Assembly: GCA_030613615.1 (NCBI GenBank)
Contig: JAUWLR010000001.1
Span: forward strand, 1-58,296
Reading direction: 5' to 3'
Source: Candidatus Eiseniibacteriota bacterium
Lineage (GTDB): Bacteria; Joyebacterota; Joyebacteria; Joyebacterales; Joyebacteraceae
DNA: 58,296 nucleotides
The notes beneath the pieces were generated by a model that saw only the letters and a program-made list of their open reading frames with translations, was not told the DNA's origin and did not search any database. Position 1 is the stretch's first letter, and the number at the start of each line of letters is the position of its first letter. This document shows positions 1 to 8,503 of the stretch, in pieces. The translations under genes were made by a program, and so were the position numbers.

Positions 1-2
1 CA

Positions 3-1253
3 TTCGCGCAGAAGGTGCTGGCCAGGGCCGCCGGTCTCGATTCGGTCGTGCCGGGACAGATCGTCGCGGTCAAGCCTGACCACCTGCTGACGCACGATAA
101 CACGGCGGCGATCATCGGGAAGATCGGCGACGAGCTCGACAAGTACGGTGTTGTCCGGAAGGACATGCCCATCATTGTGCTTGACCACGTCACGCCCGCC
201 GCGAACGAGAAGACGGCGACGGGGCACGCGAACATACGGAAGTTCGTGGCAAAGCATGGCATCCCTCACTTCTACGACGTCGGCACGGGTGTGTGCCATC
301 AGGTCGTCGTCGAGAAAGGGCACGCGCTGCCGGGCAAGATACTGGTGGGAAGCGACTCTCACACCTGTTCGTACGGGGCGGTCAACGCGTTCTCGACCGG
401 CATCGATCGCACGGAGGCCGCGGCGCTGCTGCTGGTGGGCGAGACGTGGTTCCGCGTGCCGCCTACGATCCGCGTGACGCTCAAAGGCGAGTTCAAGCCA
501 CGTGTGTCCGCGAAGGACCTGATACTTACCATCATCGGTGACATCTCGGCGGGCGGCGCCACGTACCAGGCCGTAGAGTTTCACGGCAACGTGGGCGCTC
601 TTACAATAGAGGACCGGTTCGTCGTTGCGAACATGGGCATCGAGATGGGCGGGAAGATCGCGGTCTTCCCGTTCGACGCGACGACGGAGGCATATCTGAC
701 CTCGATAGGTGCCGACCGCTCGTCCTACGAGCCGGTCTGGGCCGACTCGGACGCCGAGTACATCCGCGAGCTGAGTTACGACCTCAGTGAGATCGTTCCG
801 GTCGTTGCGTTGCCGCACAAGGTCGACAACGTGAGACCCGTGAGCGAGGTCGAGGGAATGGAGATCAACCAGGTTCTGCTCGGCACGTGCACGAACGGCA
901 GGCTGTCCGACCTGCGCGCGGCTGCGGCCATCCTGGACGGCAAGACAGTCAGCCCGAAGGTGCGGCTGCTCGTTCTGCCCGCGTCGCGCGAAGTGCTGGA
1001 GGCCGCGCTGGCCGACGGGACCATTGCGAAGCTCGTCAGGGCCGGCGGCGTACTGCTCCCGGTCGGTTGCGGTCCGTGCCTGGGCGCGCACCAGGGCGTG
1101 CTCGCGCCCGGCGAGAGGTGTCTCTCTACCGCCAACCGGAACTTCAAGGGGCGCATGGGCTGCAAGGACGCGGAGACCGTCCTAGCGAGTCCGGAGACAG
1201 TGGCGGCGTCCGCGATCAGTGGAGTTATCACGGACCCGAGGAAAGTGGCGTAG
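3..1253 (+). CDS. leuC: Aconitase-family dehydratase large subunit (3-isopropylmalate / homoaconitate dehydratase type); 5' end probably cut by the window edge
   Basis: Frame is open back to nt 3 ('FAQKVLARAAG...'). Aconitase-type motifs 'VGSDSHTCSYGA', 'LGTCTNGR', 'VGCGPCLGAH', 'NRNFKGRMG'. Followed by the small subunit. Confidence 0.85.
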   Translation, partial: FAQKVLARAAGLDSVVPGQIVAVKPDHLLTHDNTAAIIGKIGDELDKYGVVRKDMPIIVLDHVTPAANEKTATGHANIRKFVAKHGIPHFYDVGTGVCHQVVVEKGHALPGKILVGSDSHTCSYGAVNAFSTGIDRTEAAALLLVGETWFRVPPTIRVTLKGEFKPRVSAKDLILTIIGDISAGGATYQAVEFHGNVGALTIEDRFVVANMGIEMGGKIAVFPFDATTEAYLTSIGADRSSYEPVWADSDAEYIRELSYDLSEIVPVVALPHKVDNVRPVSEVEGMEINQVLLGTCTNGRLSDLRAAAAILDGKTVSPKVRLLVLPASREVLEAALADGTIAKLVRAGGVLLPVGCGPCLGAHQGVLAPGERCLSTANRNFKGRMGCKDAETVLASPETVAASAISGVITDPRKVA

Positions 1254-1323
1254 CAGCGACCCGTGCCGCGTGCCGGCGGCAGGTGTTGCCCGGCCGTGGC
1301 CGATGCGGCCAAGGAGGTGTCAG

Positions 1324-1812
1324 TTGAAGGTCTGGAAGTACGGTGACGACATCAACACCGACATGCTTTTCCCGGGGAAGTACACGTACACGTGCGCGAC
1401 CGCGGAGGAGGTCAAGCCGCACCTGCTCGAGGATCTCGATTCCGAGTTCGCGGGCGGGGTGTCGGCGGGCGACATACTGATGGCCGGAACGAACTTCGGG
1501 TGCGGAAGCTCGAGGGAGCAGCCGGTGCTTGGACTCAAGGCCGTCGGTATTTCGGCGGTCGTGGCGAAGAGCTTCGCGAGGATATTCTACCGTGCGGCCA
1601 TCAACCAGGGCCTCGTGCTCATCGAGGCGCCGGACGCCGTCGACGCATACAAGGACGGCGACGATTTGGTGCTGGACGTGGAGGGTGGAAGCATAACCGT
1701 CGGCGGGAAGGCGTTCACCTTCCCGGCGCTACCGCCGGAGATTCTGGCGATACGCGACGCGGGGGGACTGCTCAACTACGCACGGGCGAAGCTCGAGGCC
1801 GGAACGAAGTAG
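1324..1812 (+). CDS. leuD: Aconitase-family dehydratase small subunit (LeuD/HacB type)
   Basis: TTG start 6 nt after AAGGAGG (1311-1317). 'KVWKYGDDINTDMLFPGKY' and 'GTNFGCGSSREQ' are typical swivel-domain motifs. The upstream part of track ORF 1219.. overlaps leuC and is not needed. Confidence 0.85.
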   Translation: MKVWKYGDDINTDMLFPGKYTYTCATAEEVKPHLLEDLDSEFAGGVSAGDILMAGTNFGCGSSREQPVLGLKAVGISAVVAKSFARIFYRAAINQGLVLIEAPDAVDAYKDGDDLVLDVEGGSITVGGKAFTFPALPPEILAIRDAGGLLNYARAKLEAGTK

Positions 1813-1837
1813 GCGCGGCGCGCGCGAGGGGCGCCCA

Positions 1838-1890
1838 ACCGGGCGGCCGGCGCGCTCCCGGGACGCGACCGGGCAGCCGGCGCGCTCCCG
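1838..1890. repeat. Two copies of a 23-bp direct repeat (accgggcRgccggcgcgctcccg), period 30 bp
   Basis: 1838-1860 and 1868-1890 are identical at 22/23 positions by hand alignment. They lie between the leuD stop and the HD-gene start. Confidence 0.6.
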
Positions 1891-1926
1891 ATGCAGCCGA
1901 TTTCACACAAGACGCGAGGACACGAT

Positions 1927-2469
1927 ATGCCGACCAGAGACGAAGTGCGGGGGATCCTCCCCGAGCTGGAGCTGATCAAGGACGAGGCACTTCGAGAGAA
2001 GACGATCGATGTCTGGATCGACGCGATGGAAACGGGCGGCTGGGAAGTCAAGGACATGCCCGACATCCCGTTCACTCTTCTTATAGAGGACACCGACCTC
2101 AGCCTGCTGGACCACACGAGGGTCGTCACGCAGACGGCCATCGCGATCGCCGACACGATGTCAGGCTACTATCGCGACCTGATGCCCATCAACCGCGACT
2201 ACCTCATCTCCGGCGGCATTCTCCACGATGTCGGCAAGCTCGTGGAGTACGAGCGCAAGGGCGGCAAGGTCATGAAGAGCGAGGTGGGCAAAGACCTACG
2301 GCACCCGTTCTCCGGCACGGCGCTCGCGTACAAGCACGACATTCCCACGATGATCTGTCACCTCATCGCGATGCACGCGAAAGAGGGGGAGGGCGGTCGC
2401 CGGAACCCGGAGGCCTGGATCATCCATTACGCGGACTTCGTGAATTTCAGGTCGCTGCAGACGTTGTAG
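1927..2469 (+). CDS. HD-domain metal-dependent phosphohydrolase
   Basis: 'LDHTRVVT' and 'GGILHDVGKL' (H...HD motif). ATG 1927 is preceded by GAGGA. ATG 1891 is an alternative start. Confidence 0.75.
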   Translation: MPTRDEVRGILPELELIKDEALREKTIDVWIDAMETGGWEVKDMPDIPFTLLIEDTDLSLLDHTRVVTQTAIAIADTMSGYYRDLMPINRDYLISGGILHDVGKLVEYERKGGKVMKSEVGKDLRHPFSGTALAYKHDIPTMICHLIAMHAKEGEGGRRNPEAWIIHYADFVNFRSLQTL

Positions 2470-2477
2470 GTCTTTCC

Positions 2478-2510
2478 GAAGCGCCCTCGCAAGAGGGCGC
2501 TTCCTCTTAT
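2478..2510 (+). terminator. Rho-independent-type hairpin after the HD gene
   Basis: Perfect 11-bp stem gaagcgccctc / gagggcgcttc with GCAA tetraloop, followed by ctcttat. Confidence 0.6.
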
Positions 2511-4956
2511 GCCCGAGGTCGCTCGCATGCTTCGCAAAGGGCATCCAAAGCTGTCCCGTCCGGTTCCATCCGCCGGCCTCGCGCACCAGCGCCCCGGCGC
2601 GGTCGCCCGTGCGGTGTTGTGCTCGGCGCTCTGCTTGGCGCTGGCCTGCGCGGCCGCGGACGCGGCAACACTGACCACGGATCCGACGCACCTGCCGTTC
2701 CAGTTCGTGGAGCTCTGCCCCAGGGGCAGGCGGGCGCTCGAGGAGGGCATCGTTGACCTGGACGGTGACGGCGTGGATGAGATAGTCACCGCGCGCGCCT
2801 TCAACGAAGGACAGGGCTACTACCTCGGTCTGAACAGGATCGGCCCGGCCGGCTGGACCACACTGATACAGCTCAATTCCCCCTACGCCATGCGTCTAGC
2901 CGGCATCGCCGACGTCGATTCCGGAGACACGCCCGAGATCTTCCGAATGAGGCTGGAGCCGGGCGGTGTCCTGTCGGTCGATGTTCTCAGCGTGGCGGTG
3001 CACGCGAACTCCACCGATTGCACGTCGAGAGGCTCGTTCGAGATAGACGTGAACGAGTGGCTCTGGAATGAGAAGGAGAACGTCTGGAACGGCTCGATGG
3101 CCACTCACCTTCCCATCGACGACGACGGTGACGGGCTTCACGAGTCCGTCGTGTTCTCGATAGCCGGCGGCATGAGCAAACGCCCGAGGGGCATCGGCGT
3201 AGCGGATTGGACGACCGGCGAGACGCGGTGGTTCCTTCCGGTCGGAGCCGCACCGACACAGATACTGGAGTTCGAAGACCTCACGGGCGACGGCGTCCTT
3301 GACATCGTCTTTGCGATGGGAGCCCCCTGCAACGGGGTCTTCGAGGAGAACAGCATCGACACCCTCTCCTACGTGGCCGCCGCGACGCTCGGAGGTGAGT
3401 TGCTCTGGATCAGAGAGATAGGGGGCCCGTCGAGCGGGCCCTGTTTCACCGTCGCTGACGTGGACGGCGACGGCGCTGTCGAGGTACTGACGGGACAGGT
3501 GTACGGCCGGGAAACGGTATCGGACTACCATGCGCTCGCGGTCTGGAGCGGGCGTGACGGGGAGCCGCTGGCGAACTGGAACAATGGCTACGCGGTGAAC
3601 GCGGTTGCCGTCCTGCCCTCGGACGGAGGCAGCAGGATCTTCGCGGCCGTGGGTGACGGCGTGCTGCGGTCCTTCCGGCTGGTCCAGGGCGAATTGGAGC
3701 CAATCGGGGAGATGGACTGTGGGTCGCCGGTCGTATCTCTGTCGGTCGTCTCTCCTGACCCGCTCGAGTCGAAGTCGCTCCTGGCTGCCACCCACGACGG
3801 TGTCTTCGTACTCTTCGATGCGGACCTCCGCCCCCTGGCTCTGTTCGACTCGGAGGGCTCCAGCAGGTCCGGGAGGACCGGCCGCGACATGAGGTTCGCC
3901 GTCGGAGGGCGGGGCATCCTCGCGCGGACGGAAGAGGCGCTCTTCTGTCTGGGGCTCACGCGGACGCCTCTGGACCCCTGGCCGCTCGTGCTGCTGGGGT
4001 TGTGCGGCCTGGTGTGCGGAGCGGCTTGCGTTCCCGGGGTGAGACGCGCCTCCCTGGCGTCTCTTCGCCGGGCGCTCATGCCGTCGTCCGACAGGGCCGA
4101 CGCGGCGGACGAGTTGCGGGACGGCCTGGCCACCGCGGGCCACGGAACGCTCGCCGTGACATCCACTCTGAGAAGACTCCGCAAGCAGACCGTGATGAGC
4201 TCCGGGCTCGAGGGCCCCGCACCTGCGGAGCTGCAGGAGCGATGGCGGGGCGCGGTTCGGGACGCGCTCGAGGTTGGAGTGACCAGCCTCGACGGCGTGG
4301 TACTCATGGCGCGCAGGATGGGACTGGCGCCGTCCACCGTCGCCAGGCTCCACGCGGACCTCGACCGCGCGCGCAAGCTGCTGAGACGCGCCCCCGAGCG
4401 CGTGCCCACGGGCGTCGGTGCATCTGGATTCTCGGAGCGGCTCGAGCCCCTTCTCGAATCGGTAGAGAACCACCTGGCGGAACTCAAAGCTTCGGCCCGA
4501 CGGTATGTCTCGGCCGAACTCGTAGCGGAGCTCCGTCGGGTCACGGAGGCCCACAGGTCAGGCATGCTGAGCGCAGGCATCGAACTCCAGGCTCCCGCGG
4601 TGACGAGTATCGAGGGCGTGAGGGTGTTCGGCACGCGGCTCGAGGTGTGCTTCGTGCTGGACAACCTGCTGTCGAACGCGATAGAGGCGGTCAGGAACGC
4701 AGCGCAGCGTCGCATCGAGCTGTCGATGTGCCGCGACGGCGACAGGGTCTCGGTGATGGTGTCCGACACAGGAGTCGGCATTCCCGAGGAACTCAAGGAG
4801 GATGTGTTCAAGGCCGGTGTCTCGAGCAAGGCCGGCGGAGGGCACGGACTGCCTCGCAGCAGAGAACTGCTCAAGAAGCGCGGCGGAGACATCGTGCTCG
4901 TCCGCTCCACCACAGGAGAGGGCACGGAGTTCGCGGTCAGTTTCGAGGTCGCTTGA
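2509..4956 (+). CDS. Membrane sensor: extracytoplasmic FG-GAP/VCBS beta-propeller-like domain + TM + helical linker + HATPase_c (histidine-kinase-like ATPase)
   Basis: Signal-like N-terminus. Repeated 'DLDGDGVDEIV','DDDGDGLHE','DLTGDGVLDIV','DVDGDGAVEVL' motifs. TM 'WPLVLLGLCGLVCGAACV'. N/G1/G2 boxes 'LDNLLSNAIEAV','DTGVGIPEE','GGGHGLPRSRELLKKRGG'. Start could be ATG 2527. Confidence 0.8.
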   Translation: MPEVARMLRKGHPKLSRPVPSAGLAHQRPGAVARAVLCSALCLALACAAADAATLTTDPTHLPFQFVELCPRGRRALEEGIVDLDGDGVDEIVTARAFNEGQGYYLGLNRIGPAGWTTLIQLNSPYAMRLAGIADVDSGDTPEIFRMRLEPGGVLSVDVLSVAVHANSTDCTSRGSFEIDVNEWLWNEKENVWNGSMATHLPIDDDGDGLHESVVFSIAGGMSKRPRGIGVADWTTGETRWFLPVGAAPTQILEFEDLTGDGVLDIVFAMGAPCNGVFEENSIDTLSYVAAATLGGELLWIREIGGPSSGPCFTVADVDGDGAVEVLTGQVYGRETVSDYHALAVWSGRDGEPLANWNNGYAVNAVAVLPSDGGSRIFAAVGDGVLRSFRLVQGELEPIGEMDCGSPVVSLSVVSPDPLESKSLLAATHDGVFVLFDADLRPLALFDSEGSSRSGRTGRDMRFAVGGRGILARTEEALFCLGLTRTPLDPWPLVLLGLCGLVCGAACVPGVRRASLASLRRALMPSSDRADAADELRDGLATAGHGTLAVTSTLRRLRKQTVMSSGLEGPAPAELQERWRGAVRDALEVGVTSLDGVVLMARRMGLAPSTVARLHADLDRARKLLRRAPERVPTGVGASGFSERLEPLLESVENHLAELKASARRYVSAELVAELRRVTEAHRSGMLSAGIELQAPAVTSIEGVRVFGTRLEVCFVLDNLLSNAIEAVRNAAQRRIELSMCRDGDRVSVMVSDTGVGIPEELKEDVFKAGVSSKAGGGHGLPRSRELLKKRGGDIVLVRSTTGEGTEFAVSFEVA

Positions 4957-4961
4957 GATAG

Positions 4962-7373
4962 CTACGCGCTCTGGCAGAGCAACAGCCGAACCTCGAACGC
5001 CGCGCCCTCACCCGGCGACGACCTCACGAGTTCGATCTTGCCGCCACGCCTGCCGAGGATCTCCCTGCTCACTGGAAGACCGTGCCCGCCCCCGGTCCGG
5101 TCGCTGACACCGCGCGCGAACACCCGCTCGTGCTGCGTCTCTGGAATCCCCTTGCCCGAGTCCTCGACTCTCAGGACGACCCACCTCGGACCCATCTCGA
5201 CGGAGATCCGCAGACGGCGCACAGCCTCGTCGGCCATGGCCCTGATCGCGTTTCCGAGGAGGTTGTCCAGGACGAACGAGAGCTCCTGGGGGGTGCCCAG
5301 CACGCGGGCGCTTCTTAGAGCACCCGGGTCCGGGCTCTCAAGCTCGACGCCCAGTCTCTCGATCTCCGAGCTTCTTGACCTCAGCGCCCTGCCGAGCTCG
5401 ACCCCGAGAGACGAGGATCGCTCCAGCTCGGCCGCGTACTTGATTCCCCTGAGCGCCTCATCGATACCCTCGAGGATCTCGTCGAGCCCGGATTCGAGCG
5501 ATGCGGCATCGGACTCATCGGGGAGCGTCGCCGGCATATCATTGACAAGCGCCCGCAGCCTCTCGAGCGCCGACGACAGGCGTCGCGTGTGTGCCGGAGC
5601 AGTGCCCACTCGCTCCGAGAGCCGCACGATAGTCGCCACGCCGGGGATGCCGATGTCCCGGGAGTTGCCCAGGGCATCCCTGAACCTCTCCTGGAACGCA
5701 GCCGGGACGTCTCCCTCGTTTGCGCGGATCATCTCCGACTGTCTTCTCAGGCGACGGAACGTGGACGTGGCGGCCAGCTTGCCGTGCCCGGCCGTTGTGA
5801 GCGCGGTCAGGAGCTCCTCGATCGAATCGTCCCTTGTGTCCCTCGGGAGCAGCCACCGCCTGAGCGCGGCCAGTGACGCCCTCCTCGACGCCGGGACGAG
5901 GGCCGCGGCCGCGACCACGCTGAGCAGGGGCGCGAGCAGCCGCATCCAGAGCGGAAGAGGTTTCGTGGCGAGAATGTAGCGATGCGTCTTGTTGGTCGTA
6001 CGGACGAGAATCGCGCCCGCCGTCCCGTGAGGCGTCTCGACGTTAGTCGGTCTGATACTCGCGCTGCCGTCTATGGTCTCGCCGATGTGGACCATGGCGA
6101 GCGGATTCAGCCACTCGTCGACCACGGCTACCGTGCCCTTGCCCATGCCTACTGCCAGCCGCCACTCGTCGAGCAGCGGATGCAGTACGACCGGCGCCAT
6201 GGATTCCACGGCGTCGCGGCAGTTCAGCGTGCTCTCGACTTCCAGGACACCCTCCCCCCAGCTGAGACGCCTGAGAGTGCCGTCGGACGAGCCGGCGAAG
6301 ATGCGCTTCCCCTCCGCGCACTGCTCGATGAGCACGCAGTTGGTCGGGTGCCCGATTCTCAGCGTGTCGAGCAGGGTTCCGTCGGACCCCCTCCAGATGG
6401 CGAGCTCCGGGCGGACGGTGTCCAGCTCCGAGTGGTAGTTGAGGGCGGTCACGACCTCGATGGTCCCATCCCCATCCAGGTCATCTGCCGCGAGTTCGAC
6501 TCCGGAGGAGTATCCACCGAGCTGCCGTGACCAGAGAGTATCGCCCTCAACATTGACGGCGATCACGTAGGAATGACCATCGTTCCACGGGCCCGCTTCC
6601 ACAATATTGCCGGGAGCTCCAAGCCCCAGGAGCAGATCCGCACGAGCGTCGCCGTCGACGTCGACGATGGCCGACCCGCCGGTGGGCGTTGCTCCTGTCG
6701 GAAGACGCCACTCGATCTGTCCGCTCTCGAGATCCCAGAACATCACCTCCCTCGGTCTCTTGGTTATCCCCGCGTTTGCGGAGAGAGCCAGGGCGTCCGT
6801 TCTTCCATCTCCGTTCCGGTCGAACGATCCCAGGAGCCCGATGCTCGCCCCCCACTGCCCATCGGGGAGAAGACGATCCTCGGTGTCCAGCGCGAACGAG
6901 TAGACCTCAACGAGCTCCGCCGACGCGCCCTCCACGACGACCTCGGACGCGAATACACGCACCCGCTCGCGGCTTGTCTGCCACCACCAGATGAGCTCCG
7001 GCGCATCATCACCCGTGATCTCCGTGAACCCACAGACACCTCCCTTGCTCAGGAGGTGCCTGGTCATGAGTGCGTAGAACTGGTTCCCCTGGATTCGCGC
7101 GACCGACAGGAACGCCGCGCCACCGAAGCTGGCGTCGTACTTCACTGCCTCGTCCACGCCGTCGCCGTCGAGGTCGGCTACCTGGAAGCTGCCGCGGTAG
7201 TGCGCTGCGAGGACAGCGATGGGGAGCTCGTAGCGCAGACGGTCGCTGGACGCGGGAAGGGACCGTGGCCCGTCTCCGCAGCTGGTGAGCAGGAGGGACA
7301 GGCAGACAAGCACGACGGTGGCGCCAGGGCGGCGCCGGGAGAGGAGGTGCGCGAGAACGAGTCTGATAGTCAC
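4962..7373 (-). CDS. Paralogous FG-GAP propeller / HATPase_c membrane sensor (lipoprotein-like N-terminus)
   Basis: Colinear with 2509-4956: 'DLDGDGVDEAV','DRNGDGRTDAL','DVDGDARADLL','DLDGDGTIEVV', TM, 'LDNLLGNAIRAM','DSGKGIPET','GGGHGLPVSREILGRRGG'. GTG 7373 or 7379 gives 'VTIRLVLAHLLSRRRPGATVVLVCLSLLLTSCGDG' (lipobox-like LLTSC). The longer track ORF to 7640 has no signal-peptide logic. Confidence 0.8.
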   Translation of the reverse strand: MTIRLVLAHLLSRRRPGATVVLVCLSLLLTSCGDGPRSLPASSDRLRYELPIAVLAAHYRGSFQVADLDGDGVDEAVKYDASFGGAAFLSVARIQGNQFYALMTRHLLSKGGVCGFTEITGDDAPELIWWWQTSRERVRVFASEVVVEGASAELVEVYSFALDTEDRLLPDGQWGASIGLLGSFDRNGDGRTDALALSANAGITKRPREVMFWDLESGQIEWRLPTGATPTGGSAIVDVDGDARADLLLGLGAPGNIVEAGPWNDGHSYVIAVNVEGDTLWSRQLGGYSSGVELAADDLDGDGTIEVVTALNYHSELDTVRPELAIWRGSDGTLLDTLRIGHPTNCVLIEQCAEGKRIFAGSSDGTLRRLSWGEGVLEVESTLNCRDAVESMAPVVLHPLLDEWRLAVGMGKGTVAVVDEWLNPLAMVHIGETIDGSASIRPTNVETPHGTAGAILVRTTNKTHRYILATKPLPLWMRLLAPLLSVVAAAALVPASRRASLAALRRWLLPRDTRDDSIEELLTALTTAGHGKLAATSTFRRLRRQSEMIRANEGDVPAAFQERFRDALGNSRDIGIPGVATIVRLSERVGTAPAHTRRLSSALERLRALVNDMPATLPDESDAASLESGLDEILEGIDEALRGIKYAAELERSSSLGVELGRALRSRSSEIERLGVELESPDPGALRSARVLGTPQELSFVLDNLLGNAIRAMADEAVRRLRISVEMGPRWVVLRVEDSGKGIPETQHERVFARGVSDRTGGGHGLPVSREILGRRGGKIELVRSSPGEGAAFEVRLLLCQSA

Positions 7374-7526
7374 GGGCACGAGTATACACCATCTTGAGGT
7401 CGGAAATCTTAGATGCCGCCCTTTCCACGTGGACGAGGCGCGTGAGCGAAGTGTTGACGGCCCTCGCGCGTCACTTGTGTATGACGACCGCACGAGGAGG
7501 CACGCTGGCGAGAAAGGAAGCCGACA

Positions 7527-8282
7527 ATGCGCGTTGATGTGACAGGTTTCAGCGGTGGGCGCGGGGCTCTCATGTTGCTGCTGGTGGCGTTGCTGGCGAT
7601 TCTCCCGGCGGCCGCCCTGGCCAACCCCGGCATCGCACATGCTGGGGAGTTCGACGAGCTTCCCTCCATCGAATCGCTCCTCAAGAGGTACGTGGAGGCC
7701 GTGGGAGGTCGGGAGGCCATCCTGGCGCTCAGGACGCGCGTGGCCTCAATGCACATTGTCACCGACCTCAAGCGGGACCCACCCATCTACGAGGTCGATA
7801 CGCTGTCGGTCTACGGAACGTCCTCGGGCGAATTCCTGGTAGTCACCAGGACGTCCGGGGGAGTGATGCTCGAGGGCTGTGACGGCGACGAGGAGTGGAA
7901 GATCGACCTTGTCGGCACGGTTTTCAACTTCCACGCGAAGGACTCGCGCGACCGCTGGATGACCGATCCGCAGTTCCCGCTCAAGATGCGGCACTACTTC
8001 CCACACATGGCAGTCGTGGGTCTGGATGTCTGGGGCGGCGACAGGGTCTTCGTAGTCGAGACGGACGGGGAGGAGCTGCACCGTCTGGGCTTCGACGTCG
8101 ACACGGGCCTGCTGAGCAGACTGGGCTACAACCGTGAGCTGCGCGACTACCGGGAGGTGGACGGGGTGACGATGCCCCACTGCGTCGTGTACTCACGCAA
8201 GGGCGGGTCGAGCACCTTCGTTCTCGATTCGGTCGTTCACAACACGGTAATAGACAGGACCCTCTTCTCGCTTGCCAAGTAG
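7527..8282 (+). CDS. Secreted protein of unknown function
   Basis: Signal peptide 'ALMLLLVALLAILPAAALANPGIAHA'. GC3-rich coding frame. No motif that I can assign to a family with confidence. Confidence 0.6.
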   Translation: MRVDVTGFSGGRGALMLLLVALLAILPAAALANPGIAHAGEFDELPSIESLLKRYVEAVGGREAILALRTRVASMHIVTDLKRDPPIYEVDTLSVYGTSSGEFLVVTRTSGGVMLEGCDGDEEWKIDLVGTVFNFHAKDSRDRWMTDPQFPLKMRHYFPHMAVVGLDVWGGDRVFVVETDGEELHRLGFDVDTGLLSRLGYNRELRDYREVDGVTMPHCVVYSRKGGSSTFVLDSVVHNTVIDRTLFSLAK

Positions 8283-8409
8283 CTGTTCGTGAGCCGGGCG
8301 GGCAGCCGCATCTCAGCCGGCACGCGGCCGCGCGCCATCCCTGAGCCGGGCCCGCAGCGAGCCAAGTCCCGTCCCCGCGACGGATTCCGTCCTCCTGGGT
8401 AAGGTCGCG

Positions 8410-8441
8410 GAGCGAGCCGCCCATAGCTGAGCGGCTTGCTC
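8410..8441 (+). terminator. Hairpin (possible terminator for 7527-8282)
   Basis: gagcgagccgc / gcggcttgctc forms an 11-bp stem (one G-U pair) with a 10-nt loop. There is no U-tract, so it is weak. Confidence 0.3.
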
Positions 8442-8464
8442 TTGCGCCCATGCTGTGGTATAAT
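8436..8464 (+). promoter_or_regulatory. Sigma70-like promoter for the S8 protease gene
   Basis: TTGCTC - 17 nt - TGg-TATAAT (extended -10) in a local AT-rich patch. AGGAGGG (8491-8497) precedes ATG 8504. Confidence 0.5.
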
Positions 8465-8503
8465 GATAAGTAGCTACTTCTAGACGAGTTAGGAGGGATT
8501 GCA

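Noticed and set aside
1392-2756. 454-aa + strand ORF spanning leuD, the HD gene and the sensor start
   Set aside because: It is out of frame with three well-supported genes, and its translation is almost pure Arg/Gly/Ala repeats.
2896-4925. Long antisense ORFs (2896-4554, 552 aa; 3588-4925, 445 aa) opposite the first sensor gene
   Set aside because: Their composition is Arg/Pro/Gly/Ala-rich and low-complexity, which is typical of shadow frames in GC-rich DNA. They have no motifs, no RBS and no signal logic. The sense frame carries clear FG-GAP and HATPase motifs.
7374-7640. Extended N-terminus of the minus-strand sensor (track ORF to 7640)
   Set aside because: The extra 89 residues are Arg/Gln/His-rich with no signal peptide. 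GTG 7373/7379 yields a lipoprotein-type leader that matches the architecture of the paralogue.
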